Shown: positions 35,580 through 46,441, counted from the first letter of the whole stretch. The stretch: DNA of 63,989 nt, filler included, from Licmophora abbreviata (GCA_900291995.1; 24 parts of 24 records of this genome joined end to end with filler, not necessarily neighbours in it); one strand, 5' to 3'. The notes: generated by a model from the sequence alone, not told the origin. Translations and numbers: made by a program.

Positions 35580-37439
35580 TTAAAATGCCCAATCGTCCAA
35601 CTCGGACGTGTCGTCAAATGGAGGAGGGGGTGGCTCTGTGGCCTGCTCAATGGCTTGTTCAACAATATCTGGTACCGGTAGGCTTTCTGTCGGTTCGACA
35701 GGTATCTTGTTCGACGCTTGGAAGGCCTCACTAAGTTGGTGAATGATCGGTGCATCTTTGAGGGCTTCAAACAAAAACACTGCTGCCACCAGCAACACGA
35801 CAATCTTGATGAGATTCATTTCGGCTTCGTTGAATCCAACCATCCCTTTTTCCTCTTGAGACACAACCTCCGTTTGTCCAGACGACAGGTCACGAGTTGG
35901 AGCGGGGCTTCCCATGTTTTCAAGATAGCCCGTACCAACAGCGGCTGTCTTTGGCTTCCCTCTCGGGGGCTGCTTCTGCGCCGCTCCACCACCACTGAGT
36001 GCCGAGAGATAGTCTGTAGCAGCAGGAGTGCTTGTTGCTACAGCAGCCTTGGGCAGGTCGAAGTCGCGCACCGTCCCTCCCATGGCCGCAACAGTGGCAG
36101 CGGGAAGAGAAGCGTCTGCAGACGTCTCGATCGTCATTCCCATCAATCCAGAACCGAGAGAAGTCTCCTGCGCAGTCTTTGGAGTTCCCCGTGGAGGCAT
36201 CTTATTCACAGGCTCACTGCTCACTGCCGAAGCATAGCTTGCACCGGCAGGCGTGCTGGGAGCAGTGTACGGCGTTGGTCCTGGAGCTGTGGACCAAGCC
36301 GGAGTCGAAGAAGTGCCACTCATATTGTCGAGATAGCCCGTATTTCTCGTCGCCGTCTTTGGTTTGCCTCTCGGTGGCATCTTTTTCACAGGGCCACCGC
36401 CCAATGCGGAGAGATAGTCCAAACCAGCAGGACTGCTAGGCCCAGACGCCGGTGCCGACGATACGGCGGGGGCGACGTACGCTGGTGCGGCAGCAGTACT
36501 ACCCATGTTGTCAAGGTAGCCTCCTCCTTTCGTCGCTGTCTTTGGCTTGCCTCTTGGCGGCATCCTTTTCACAGGGCCGCCACCGAGCGCTGAAAGGTAG
36601 TCGGTTCCGGCAGAAGCGCTTCCGCTCGCCATCGGATTGATCGGTACGGCGGGTGGGACAAGGGGAGGCGGGGATACAGAAGCAATAGGCACTGTTGCAT
36701 CCTGAATACTCCGAGGAGGTGTTTCTGACAAAGCTGAGAACTCAGGAAGCGGAGAATTTTGAGGATCGACGAGAAACTCTCGTACGGACTGAGAGACACC
36801 TTGCAGGTACGACAAGTAATCCTTTGCCGATTGGACTGTCTCTTCCAGTTCCGCCAAGTAGCCAAGTGCCGGCGTGACTTGTGCGTCCGAGTATCCCTCC
36901 GGCACATGAGCAAGTTTGGACCGGACATCGCCGGCGACTTGCTCCAAATAATTCAGATAGTCCTGGGCCGCGGTGACCGCCTTTTCAATGTTCTCAAGAT
37001 ACTCCCGAATCTCAGCAGGGTCCCTAAAGTCTGGAAGATCAGAGCGCTTGCTACTCAATGATGGTCCACCCGACTGAGGACTGGTTTGTTCGAGGTCCTG
37101 CAAGTACGCTCTCACCACCGTAGCGACCTCCTCAAGGTATGCAAGATACTCCCTCGCAGTTTCGCCAGCCTCGACGATTTCCCCGAGGTACCCGTAGGCC
37201 AAGTTGAGACCGTCCCGCTCCATCATTGACAGCTGCTCCATATCCACGTCTGGCTGCACCCGCGAAGCAGCCGACACTAAAGTCTTTTTCAGAAGCTTGT
37301 AGTCCTGGGCTGGCTCGAGAAAGGCTGTCGCTGGTGTTCGAACACACGCCGGATGTCGCAGGACGAAAGCGGCTGTGCCACCCAGAGCGCAAATTAGAAG
37401 TATCGGTAAGGCTGTGGCCTTCGACATTATCTGCCTCAT
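35580..37439 (-). CDS. Predicted plastid-targeted repeat protein: Tyr-Leu helical repeats, disordered YLxxL/PPRGKPKTA repeats and a C-terminal TM (619 aa)
   Basis: Signal peptide with TAAFVL; three helical blocks (e.g. AAQDYLNYLEQV); four units related to DYLSALGGGPVKxMPPRGKPKTA...GYLDNM; TM LIKIVVLLVAAVFLFEAL. Confidence 0.85.
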   Translation of the reverse strand: MRQIMSKATALPILLICALGGTAAFVLRHPACVRTPATAFLEPAQDYKLLKKTLVSAASRVQPDVDMEQLSMMERDGLNLAYGYLGEIVEAGETAREYLAYLEEVATVVRAYLQDLEQTSPQSGGPSLSSKRSDLPDFRDPAEIREYLENIEKAVTAAQDYLNYLEQVAGDVRSKLAHVPEGYSDAQVTPALGYLAELEETVQSAKDYLSYLQGVSQSVREFLVDPQNSPLPEFSALSETPPRSIQDATVPIASVSPPPLVPPAVPINPMASGSASAGTDYLSALGGGPVKRMPPRGKPKTATKGGGYLDNMGSTAAAPAYVAPAVSSAPASGPSSPAGLDYLSALGGGPVKKMPPRGKPKTATRNTGYLDNMSGTSSTPAWSTAPGPTPYTAPSTPAGASYASAVSSEPVNKMPPRGTPKTAQETSLGSGLMGMTIETSADASLPAATVAAMGGTVRDFDLPKAAVATSTPAATDYLSALSGGGAAQKQPPRGKPKTAAVGTGYLENMGSPAPTRDLSSGQTEVVSQEEKGMVGFNEAEMNLIKIVVLLVAAVFLFEALKDAPIIHQLSEAFQASNKIPVEPTESLPVPDIVEQAIEQATEPPPPPFDDTSELDDWAF

Positions 37440-38224
37440 TCTGCACCAGTTCCGTTCACGTCCTTGTTAGAAAGACAAGGCAAAGATTCGACACAGACAC
37501 GCTCTTGGATGTTGAGAGGCGTCGAAAGCCGATCTATTTCGCTTTTGGATCTTTCACATCACTTGACACTCCATGAACTCTTCGTAGAAACCTACGTGAA
37601 GTTTGCTCTGTTTTGCTGATGGAAGTTCTAACGCGAAGGATGAGTTTGATGGCTCTAGTCTAGTCGAAGAAGTCAAAATCGGAAGAATGGACGGCCAGCG
37701 TCAAAGTACGTCACACAGCCCATAGCCTCAACAAATCTGGGCCATTCAATTCGTTCGCTCGTCTTCTTTTTCCGCCTGCTGCCCTGCCCCGAAAGACATC
37801 CCGAGTTGAACTTCAACGGCTCCATGATGCATTCCGACGTCAGATCTATGACCAGTGTCTCAAATCTTGATCATTAGATACGATAGCCGACAGAGTAAAT
37901 GGACCTCCGAGGCAACACTGTTGCCTATTGGAAGGGCTCTGCTAGCAGCCCCTTCACTCTCAAGGCCAGCAACCCATAGTATGATGCGACGAATAAGTTG
38001 CTAACTACCCTAACCTAGCCCGCTGGACCTTGTGTCTCTGTACGGAACCCGTTCCTAATGTTCAAAGAATGAATAGCAAAGTGCGTAACAAGACAGTGGT
38101 GTTTAGAGAGATTATCTCATTCACGTAGTGGCCTTATTGTTCTGTATGTGGTTTGATACGCAATATTCCGTGGGACAATGAGTAAAAAACATGAACAGAG
38201 AGATCTCTCTTCCTCCGTAAGCAT

Positions 38225-39385
38225 TTACGATTTTGACGCCCGCTCAAAGTACTCCAGGTAATCCTTAGCAGCCTTTGTTGCTCCCTCCAGGTAGTTCAAG
38301 TAGTCCTTGGCAGCGGTCGTTGCTTCCCGAAGGTAGCTGAGGTACTGGTCGGAACTAGCATCGCTCGAGATCGAGCCAGGAGAGAACGAAGCAGCGGGAG
38401 TGAAACCACCGGGAGTGGAGCCCTGGAAACCACCCGAGCTACGGCCGGACGTGTTGGCGTGGAGAGTGGAAGTGTATCCCTGGCTGGCGGCGCCGGTTCC
38501 TCGGACACTGTTTGCACCAAGGGTGGAAGTGTAACCCATCTGGCTAGCGCCGGTTCCTCGGACAGCGTTGGAGGCAAGGGTGGAAGTGTAGCCCATCTGG
38601 CTGGCGCCCGTTCCGCGGACAGCGTTGGTGCCAAGAGCGGAAAGGTAGTCGGCACCAGTTGGTGGGGCGGCAGACATGGGCGGAGCGGAGGAAGCTCCAA
38701 CTGGCGGGGGGCTGCTGACACTCGGAGGAGCAGCGCTGACTGGGGCAGCGGCGGCCGGGGGAGCACTGACGGCGCCGCCCTGGAATCCGCCGGACGAGGC
38801 TCCGGAAGGATTCGTCTTAAGGTTGGAAGTGTATCCCTGGTTGGCAACACCGGTGCCTCGGACAGCGTTGGCGGCAAGGGTGGAAGTGTATCCCATCTGG
38901 CTAGCACCAGTTCCTCGGACAGCGTTGGTTCCAAGAGTAGAGGTGTAGCCCATCTGGCTAGCGCCCGTTCCACGCACAGCGTTGGAGCCGAGAGCGGAAA
39001 GGTAGTCAGCACCGGACGGCGCGGCCGCAACAGGGGCAGCGGGGGCTGCGGCAGCCACCGGGGCAGCAGGGGCAGCGCTGAAGCTGGCGCCAGCGCCGTA
39101 GCCTGCACCACCGGCTGCTCCTCCGCCACCGGTCAAAACAGGGCGTCCATTGGTAACCGCAGTGAGATTGTCAAGGTATCCTGCGGGCGAATTACCAGCC
39201 TTGGGAATGGGCTTGGCGCCAGCTGGAGCGGAGCTAGTTGGCTGCGCGAGCTGATCGAGATATCCGGCCATTACAGTTCCGTCGGAGAAGACGATTGTAC
39301 GGACAAGCGAGGGACGCACCGGTCCAAAGGCATCTACGCCAGTGGCGGCAGCGAGAAAGAGGGCAGCGGCGGCGGAAACCTTCAT
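38225..39385 (-). CDS. Predicted plastid-targeted Ala/Gly/Ser-rich disordered repeat protein with Tyr motifs and a C-terminal amphipathic helix (386 aa)
   Basis: Signal peptide with VDAFGP; GYLDQL, GYLDNL and 2x DYLSAL; six 18-aa NAVRGTGASQMGYTSTL-type units; terminal YLSYLREATTAAKDYLNYLEGATKAAKDYLEYF. Confidence 0.88.
   Translation of the reverse strand: MKVSAAAALFLAAATGVDAFGPVRPSLVRTIVFSDGTVMAGYLDQLAQPTSSAPAGAKPIPKAGNSPAGYLDNLTAVTNGRPVLTGGGGAAGGAGYGAGASFSAAPAAPVAAAAPAAPVAAAPSGADYLSALGSNAVRGTGASQMGYTSTLGTNAVRGTGASQMGYTSTLAANAVRGTGVANQGYTSNLKTNPSGASSGGFQGGAVSAPPAAAAPVSAAPPSVSSPPPVGASSAPPMSAAPPTGADYLSALGTNAVRGTGASQMGYTSTLASNAVRGTGASQMGYTSTLGANSVRGTGAASQGYTSTLHANTSGRSSGGFQGSTPGGFTPAASFSPGSISSDASSDQYLSYLREATTAAKDYLNYLEGATKAAKDYLEYFERASKS
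38460..39010 (-). repeat. 54-bp coding tandem repeat in two blocks of three, within a larger internal duplication
   Basis: Units such as AACGCTGTCCGAGGAACCGGCGCTAGCCAGATGGGxTACACTTCCACCCTT on the minus strand. Confidence 0.9.
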
Positions 39386-40130
39386 GGTGGCGAGTCTTCT
39401 GATGTTCTTGATGGCGAGAAGTGCAAGGTAGCGAAACAGCGATCAAAGTACGTGCGTTGTGAAAAGAGCCATCACGCGTACGATGTCTTTCACACACGTC
39501 ACTTTCGTTGGCTACGTCGATTTCCTCGTAGAATCTACGTGAACTCTGGTACAAAGATTTCNNNNNNNNNNNNNNNNNNNNNNNNNNNNNNNNNNNNNNN
39601 NNNNNTTAATTAATTAANNNNNNNNNNNNNNNNNNNNNNNNNNNNNNNNNNNNNNNNNNNNGGCCTTTGTTTTGGGTCGGCGGAAATATTTATCCGCCCT
39701 CCTGGTGCATTAGGGAAGTCAATTCTACTGTACTCGCAGCTATCCAAACTACTGTGGTCTACCTTGACCCCTTGCACCGTACGACAAGTTTTGTTCGGCA
39801 TCATTGCGCCTTTGTTTGAATGTCGGGTTTCCTAATCCGAGAAGAAGCTACGTCATGCTAGCGTCATGAGACATTGAACAAGGTACGCACTTTGTACGTA
39901 GCAATCAGTATGATCTGTCGTAACGACGCCGGCTTTCTAATCTCGAGGTATTTCCACGGAGCTCAAACTCCATAAAAATGCGCGCCATGTCATTGCGATC
40001 GCGTTTTCCCGCGCCACGTACCGACGTGGCATGGCAAGTCATCATCCGCTTTCTAATGAGATCTCCACAAGTCCCACAATACGACCCCTTGCATCGCCAA
40101 TCAAGTCTTTTCTCTCTCTTTCCTTTCATC

Positions 40131-40563
40131 ATGACCCGCTCTCTCCTTCTCGCGACCCTCGCCGTCGCCCTTACAAGTGGCAATGCCTTTACAAGTGAGT
40201 TTCAAGTCGATCGGGGAGAATTCGAAGAAAATGGTCCAAAATCGAATTGAGAATCCCGCTAACTCAGTCTCGCCGTGTACTCGTACCCATAAAATTACAG
40301 TTTCCAAGCCTTCCGTGTCTCCTCGCACTGTGATTCGTATGTCGGAAGGTGACGAAGCACCTACGAACTTTGTCGAGCGCGGTGTCTCCGTGGATCAAGA
40401 CGGAAAGTCAAATGTGTGGGCGATTGAGCCCAAGGTTGAAGTCGAGAGCAAGAGCAACGAAGAGAAGACCACGAGTGCCTTGATAGCTGCTGGAGGTCTG
40501 GCTGGATTTGGAGCTGCGGCTGCCTTTCTCCTAACGAATTTGCCGGATCCGAACCAGTTCTAA
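40131..40563 (+). CDS. Small plastid-targeted single-TM protein, Psb34/Ssl1498-like; intron 40195-40300
   Basis: Signal peptide with GNAFT; VDQDGKSNVWAIEPKV followed by a single TM helix. Confidence 0.7.
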
Positions 40564-40844
40564 GAGTAGGAATGAACTGCGTCCTAGTCGACGAATTCAG
40601 AAATTTCGACGTCAAATCCCTATCCAATATTCGCCGCTCACTGCTCTGACACGACAATCGAACACAATTGCATCTGTACCCAGTAATCTATCGAGTAATA
40701 GAACGAAAATTACCAGCTAGCTACCGCGTCGGTCATCAGACTTACTGTCGCCACGCGCTTCAGAACCTCTACTCCTACTACAGTAGCCAAGCCATGCTAG
40801 TAGTAGTCCACTCTTCAGTCTTTTACCGGAGTGCAAAACAGAAA

Positions 40845-42421
40845 TCAATTTGCCTCGACCTTCTCCTTCTCTTCTGCCTTCGGGGCCTTGGCAAACCTGT
40901 ACACCATGAGAAGAGAGGACACTTTGAGTCATACAAGAGTCGATCATACGTCAGACGCAAAAGCCAGTGAAGTCCATTCTACTCACATTGTGGTGTACGG
41001 ATCGTACTCTTGCCCGTCCACTGCAATCTTGTTGTAGTGTTCCTGCAACGTCATGGTGCCAAACTTCTCTCCTGGGTCCGTCGTCAGCATGTCCTCCACC
41101 GCATAGTATTTTCCGATCCGACCGAGCTCGGCAGCATCCTCCAACTGTTCGCTGTTGAACGTATCGGCGAGCCATTGAAGAGAGTTGATGATTGTATCGA
41201 ACAGCCACAGCGGCGCATAGAAGAAGTTGGGCTCCTTTCCAACAGCGTCAAAAAGCATCTGCAAGGAAAGAAGAACCCGAGAAGAGATGTGTACACAAAC
41301 AAGTTGTCGTGAGTGGCATGCACGATTGATTTCACAATAATATTGGGAGGTACACGGACTCAGCATCATCGACAACCACAGCGACACGTAGTTCAAGTCA
41401 CACTCACTTCTCCTTGTTTCTTCATGGTCAGTGGCTCATCGGGACCTCCAAGATTGATTATTTGATTTTTGCGTTCCTTCAATCGACTGCTATCAATCAG
41501 AAACGTCGCCAGATCCGCCTCACTGATGGGATTGCATCGCGTCACTTCTCCATCACCAAACATTACAAAGGGCGCTCCCTGCTGAACGACTTCGAGTTGA
41601 CCCGACACTGACTTGAAGAACGCCGTTGGTCTGACGATAGTATAAGACATGTCCGACTGGCTCGTGAGTGCCTCTTCGAATTTGAGTTTGGCTTGCTGAA
41701 ATTGCAACCAGGGATTCTTGACACAGAATGCGGACAAGAGCACAAAGTGACGAGCCCCGACCGCGCGACCCGCTTCTAAACAATTCAAGGTGGCTTGATA
41801 GTCAATTGCATACGCGTCCTTCTTGACACCGCTTCTAGAAGCCAAACAGGAAATGATCGAATCAATCTTTTGCGAACTTGACAATTCTTTCAGTGCCTGG
41901 TGAGTATCGCGATAAATGTAGATGAATGTAGATAAGATGTGAGCAGTCGCATATTGGTGAACGTAGCGAATGACACAAAAATTCGAAAGGCGATCGTTCC
42001 ACACGCCTACGCCCGCCCCGCAAGATTTTATTGCACCCACCTCGGTCAGCTTCTGTGGGTCCGTCACATCACACTCTACAAGTCGCGCCCCGTCAAAGGA
42101 GGTTCCATACATGGCCTGGCCCTCGGTAGTCTCGACCTTGCTTTTATCTCGCACCAACGCAACCGTGTCGTATCCCTGTCGCACACTTTCTCGGACCACT
42201 GCCTTGCCAATATATCCTGTGGCCCCTGCAATCACGTTAATCTTGTTGGAATTTGCGCCCGCTGAAGCCATCATGGACAAGGACGACGCTGTCTTGGTCG
42301 AATGTGGTCGAACTACCGAAAAGGCGCGCGCGAACTGGATTTCCGATGGCAGGAGGCATAACAAAAGCAACGCAGCCGATGCCGACCACACATTCATACG
42401 TAGAGGCACTGACGTCTTCAT
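40845..42421 (-). CDS. DVR: NADPH-dependent 3,8-divinyl (proto)chlorophyllide a 8-vinyl reductase; four exons
   Basis: Signal peptide with [58 protein letters not shown] and [16 protein letters not shown] motifs. Confidence 0.92.
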
Positions 42422-43295
42422 TGTGCTGGGGAGCCAAACTTCAGGACTCTAAGAGGCACTCAAACAGATTGAAAGATGGAAACGACGACAACAACAGAGG
42501 TGCAAGCAAAAGAAGAAAAGATACGAAGTTGAAGTCCTTGCGTAGACGTTCGTACCGGTCTAGACGGTACGTACATCTCGCGTAAGACTCAGTACGGAGG
42601 AATATTGCGCGCCATGATACAATTTTCTGCGCGCATTTTGTCCGCTCAAGTTTCGATTTCAAGTTCAGTGTGGCCACACATTTGTCAGTGACCATGGGAA
42701 TTCGTCGAAGCATCGACAGGACAGAACATATGGGATATAAAATGACCTTCTGAACGTAAGAGGGGCCCATTGACGCAATGCTGAGACTTGAAGGGTGCGT
42801 AAAAGATCTGGGCGCTCTATCAAAGACTTGTTGTTGCAGTCGATACGTTCCGAACACTTCGTACCGGCCCACGGTATCATTAGCGCGATACTGTCTGCGA
42901 CTCCCATCTCAGGTGCGTTGGAACGACCTTTCACGACACGTGTCTAACGGGAGAGAGGATGATGATACTTCCAATGTAATAAATACACAATGATAGGTCA
43001 CCAGAAACTGGATTGGTGATAAGATCTATGGAGATTGACTCTCTCGGCGGCGGAGTCGCTTGTTTCTGGGTGTGACTAGAGACGCTCGAAAGCGACGAAT
43101 GGAANNNNNNNNNNNNNNNNNNNNNNNNNNNNNNNNNNNNNNNNNNNNTTAATTAATTAANNNNNNNNNNNNNNNNNNNNNNNNNNNNNNNNNNNNNNNN
43201 NNNNAGATGGTCCCCGTATTTTTTTTCTTGGGCTGCGGCCTGAGGGCCACAATAAGTCAGAAAATAAATTAAGTGAGAGTGAGACTCTCCCAGGA

Positions 43296-44624
43296 TCAGA
43301 TCTCGGAGATTGGAGGCCTGTCGACCAGTTCCTTGTCCCCCTCCCCGTTCCCCGCGCCGTCTCCGACGATGACGTCGAGCAGCTTTGACAGGCCTTTCTT
43401 ATCAGGCTTTACACTCTCCATGTATTCTTTAAGCATTGGCTTTTCTTCGGCAAGTCGCATTTCTGCCGATAAGTGCGGGTCCGTCGTTGCGAGATCTCGT
43501 AGCTCGCGCTCCGACAACAGCTGGCGACCACCCTCGCTCTTCATGGGCACAACAGTCCGCTTGGGCCACAAAAGTTCGTCTTCAATTGACTTTTTGATTC
43601 CATCCATTAGCTCGGAACGTAACCACGGGACCTTTGTGATTTCAGATCCAGCGACGCGAACGTCAAGTCCAATCTGGGGTACAGCTGGAAACGATACGAG
43701 CACGGCGCCAAAGCCAGGCGGTTCCGCCACCAAAGGCACAAGTCCAACACGGACGACGCCTCGAAACTGAACCTTTTGGATAGTAACAGGGATAGGAATG
43801 CCCAAGCGCCCCGTTCTGAGCTTGATTTTGGCAACCAGCTCACTTTCCCACTTTGTGTCGACGTCGAACGCCATAGCGTCATCTCCGACGTCGTAAATAC
43901 GGGCAGAGAGAAGCTCCGGCGCCTTGTTGCCAACGGAAAACTCATCGAGACTAAGCTTGCGAATGTTGGGGTTCTTGACGTCGCTCAGTACGTCCCGAAG
44001 ATTGTCTTCCAATTGCTTCGCGAGGCTATAGGGCAACAGATGATTGACGATGTACTGCAGTGGTAGCAAGCCCGGTGCCCCCACTGCAGCATAGTAGAAA
44101 TTAGCTTCCGCCTTGATTGTTTGCACCCCCTCAGCTGCTATCTTTCGAGTTTCCAACAAACTCGCTTTCAGAACCTTCCAACCATCTCTCCACTTCCATT
44201 TTCCGTCCATGCGTAGAGCCCGTCGCGCTTCTCCAACACCAGCTCGGAACACTCCCCAGACACGACCGGCAATCAGCTTAAAGATGGACCAAAGCTGCAA
44301 AAGGTTCTCTTTTCCGAGGGCAGTAACCGCTGTGACGGCGGCGACAGCTGTAGAAAAAAAGAGGCCGCCCAAGCAAAAGACAAACACGAGCTGGAAGAAA
44401 TTTCCAGGTGAAGCCGCTCCTCCAGTCTTCGCAACGGCAGCCGCGAGTGGTACTCGGGAATAAGGCGACACCATATTTAGAGGAGAGACGCCTGGACGAA
44501 AATGGACATGCGGTGGAAAAGGTGGAACGGTCCTTGGGAAGTGTGGCGGCAACAATGGTCGAAGTCGTGATGTCGACCGCCGCTGCGATCCCGTTTGGCG
44601 GGAGGATGCGGAGAGGAATGCCAT
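43296..44624 (-). CDS. SMP-domain (synaptotagmin-like lipid-transfer) membrane protein; start uncertain
   Basis: N-terminal TM, then LSLDEFSVGNKAP, FRGVVRVGLVPLVAEPPGFGAVLVSF, EITKVPWL and LLWPKR motifs. Confidence 0.8.
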   Translation of the reverse strand: MAFLSASSRQTGSQRRSTSRLRPLLPPHFPRTVPPFPPHVHFRPGVSPLNMVSPYSRVPLAAAVAKTGGAASPGNFFQLVFVFCLGGLFFSTAVAAVTAVTALGKENLLQLWSIFKLIAGRVWGVFRAGVGEARRALRMDGKWKWRDGWKVLKASLLETRKIAAEGVQTIKAEANFYYAAVGAPGLLPLQYIVNHLLPYSLAKQLEDNLRDVLSDVKNPNIRKLSLDEFSVGNKAPELLSARIYDVGDDAMAFDVDTKWESELVAKIKLRTGRLGIPIPVTIQKVQFRGVVRVGLVPLVAEPPGFGAVLVSFPAVPQIGLDVRVAGSEITKVPWLRSELMDGIKKSIEDELLWPKRTVVPMKSEGGRQLLSERELRDLATTDPHLSAEMRLAEEKPMLKEYMESVKPDKKGLSKLLDVIVGDGAGNGEGDKELVDRPPISEI

Positions 44625-45019
44625 GCTGCGGTGATCAGCGGCAAGAACTCGAAGTGCTGTAGATGACCCCTTTGGAAATTTCACAGTCCTTTTTACCAAT
44701 CCCAAGTGAGGTGGTCTGGTGGAAGAAGTTGATGTTGTTACAAAGCACACCCAAAAAGTCTTTGCATCACACACTCGCCACGTGTTGAAATTGGCGAGCG
44801 ACAGAATACATCGAATGGATCGCTCAAAATGTGAGGGAATATTTTGCGTTTTGGCAAATGTCATGACATATTTTTCGCGCGCGCCAACACTTGTAATGCA
44901 GCGTTCACAACTAAATTCCCGCATCGAAAAATTGGGGACCACAACATCACAACATTCAGCATGACTACCGGGTCTGCTTCTGTGGCTTCTCTTTTTAACA
45001 GCAGGAAATCAGAACAAGC

Positions 45020-45931
45020 ATGCTGCAAGCACAATTACGGTCTCGTGGTTCTCAGGGACTGCTCATGAAAGTCTTTGGGACAATGGTTCTCTATTCTGTG
45101 CTTTTCATCGTTGCACTGGACTGCATGGCACAACGCGAAGAGTCACTGAAGCCATACACTGCTTCTATTTCTCGAATCCTTCGTTCATCTGGAGTAAACC
45201 TCTTGTCTGTTCTCAAAGATGAGGCGTCCATTTACACAACTTGCAAGTACGAGGGACACTGTGCCGTTGGATTTACCTGTGTCAAGAGTGCCCAGTCGCC
45301 GCAAGGCGGTATATGCCGTCCCTACCGCAACGAACTTGCCGAGTCACTCCGAGTCAAAGGCGATAATGCGACCGAGTGTGTACAGCACTGTCTTCAACAA
45401 GTCGTCTGGGACGAGCAGTTCTACTGGGAAGCATCACCCAACATTAGTCATTCAGAACTGGCATTGCATGATGACGACCGACGACCACCCGGGTGTCTCA
45501 TTCGGTACAGCCGCAATTTCGGTCACGAGTGGCCTGGATTCTCGTTGGAGAAATGGCAGGACCACACTCGCATGAAGCGTATTGTAAGAGTCGATCCAGT
45601 GGGAGAGGCTGCGACGGCACAGGAACAAGAGTGGGCGTCGTTTTGCTATGCACCCTGCCGCACAAATGCCGACTGTGGGGCGTCGGATGCTTTTGAGTGT
45701 GTCGACACGAGCTGTCGTCGAAAAACAAGCTACTGGAATTGCACTACGAATCTCAATCAAGCCGAGATGGTGGTAGTATCTGGGGCAAACGCAGCTTACT
45801 TTTCCGGATTAAAGAACCTTGCCGGGTCTGTAAGTTACTGGGCACCCCAACATCACATGGTTGTCTACAATCTGGGTCTGACAGCGGAGCAAATCGCCGA
45901 GATTGAATCCTGGGCAGTGGTCACAGACATT
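45020..45931 (+). CDS. Type II membrane protein with a Cys-rich module and a DUF1647/glycosyltransferase-like domain start (copy 1, 3' end in gap)
   Basis: N-terminal TM; CKYEGHCAVGFTC...GGIC; CYAPCRTNADCG; VVVSGANAAYFSGLKNL..SV....P...VVYNLGL. Confidence 0.75.
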
Positions 45932-46441
45932 NNNNNNNNNNNNNNNNNNNNNNNNNNNNNNNNNNNNNNNNNNNNTTAATTAATTAANNNNNNNNNNNNN
46001 NNNNNNNNNNNNNNNNNNNNNNNNNNNNNNNGCACCGCATCACACGGAATACATGGCTGCGGGACGCAGTCAAATCGGTAGAAACTTGTACCAATCACGT
46101 AGTCGATTCATTATCTGGACGTCGCGAAAAGGATGCCGTGATTTTCAGTCAAAGGTGAAGAGAAGAGCTGCGAATACCAGCACGATCGTCAAGGCAACAC
46201 CTCTGCCCGAAAGGAGCGAAAATGAAGATCGGACATGAATACAGAGGCGATCAGTTGCCAAGCCCGGTCGTGTGGCCAGTGTTATTCCTGACAGGCAGGA
46301 GGAAAGGCCGCTCAAGAAGCCTCGTCAAATGGACCGAAAAGAAGCGACGCCAACGGCGGTACACAAAAAGAGGACACCAACAATTGAGCAAGGGTATCGC
46401 ATCGTCTAGAGGTTGCACCTCAAGTCAGTAGAGCGTAATAG

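Noticed and set aside
35718..36593. 291-aa plus-strand ORF
   Set aside because: Antisense shadow of the 619-aa gene.
38460..39010. Regularly spaced repeats as a possible CRISPR array
   Set aside because: The units are contiguous 54-bp in-frame repeats varying at synonymous positions, with no unique spacers and no cas genes, in a eukaryotic context.
35580..39385. Identification of the YL-repeat proteins as PYCO1 orthologues
   Set aside because: They lack the KWSP sticker motif; only the general architecture is analogous.
38459..39613. 384-aa plus-strand ORF and 277-aa alternative minus-frame ORF over the repeat gene
   Set aside because: Shadow frames of a GC-rich repetitive CDS. Only the 38225-39385 frame has a signal peptide and coherent motifs.
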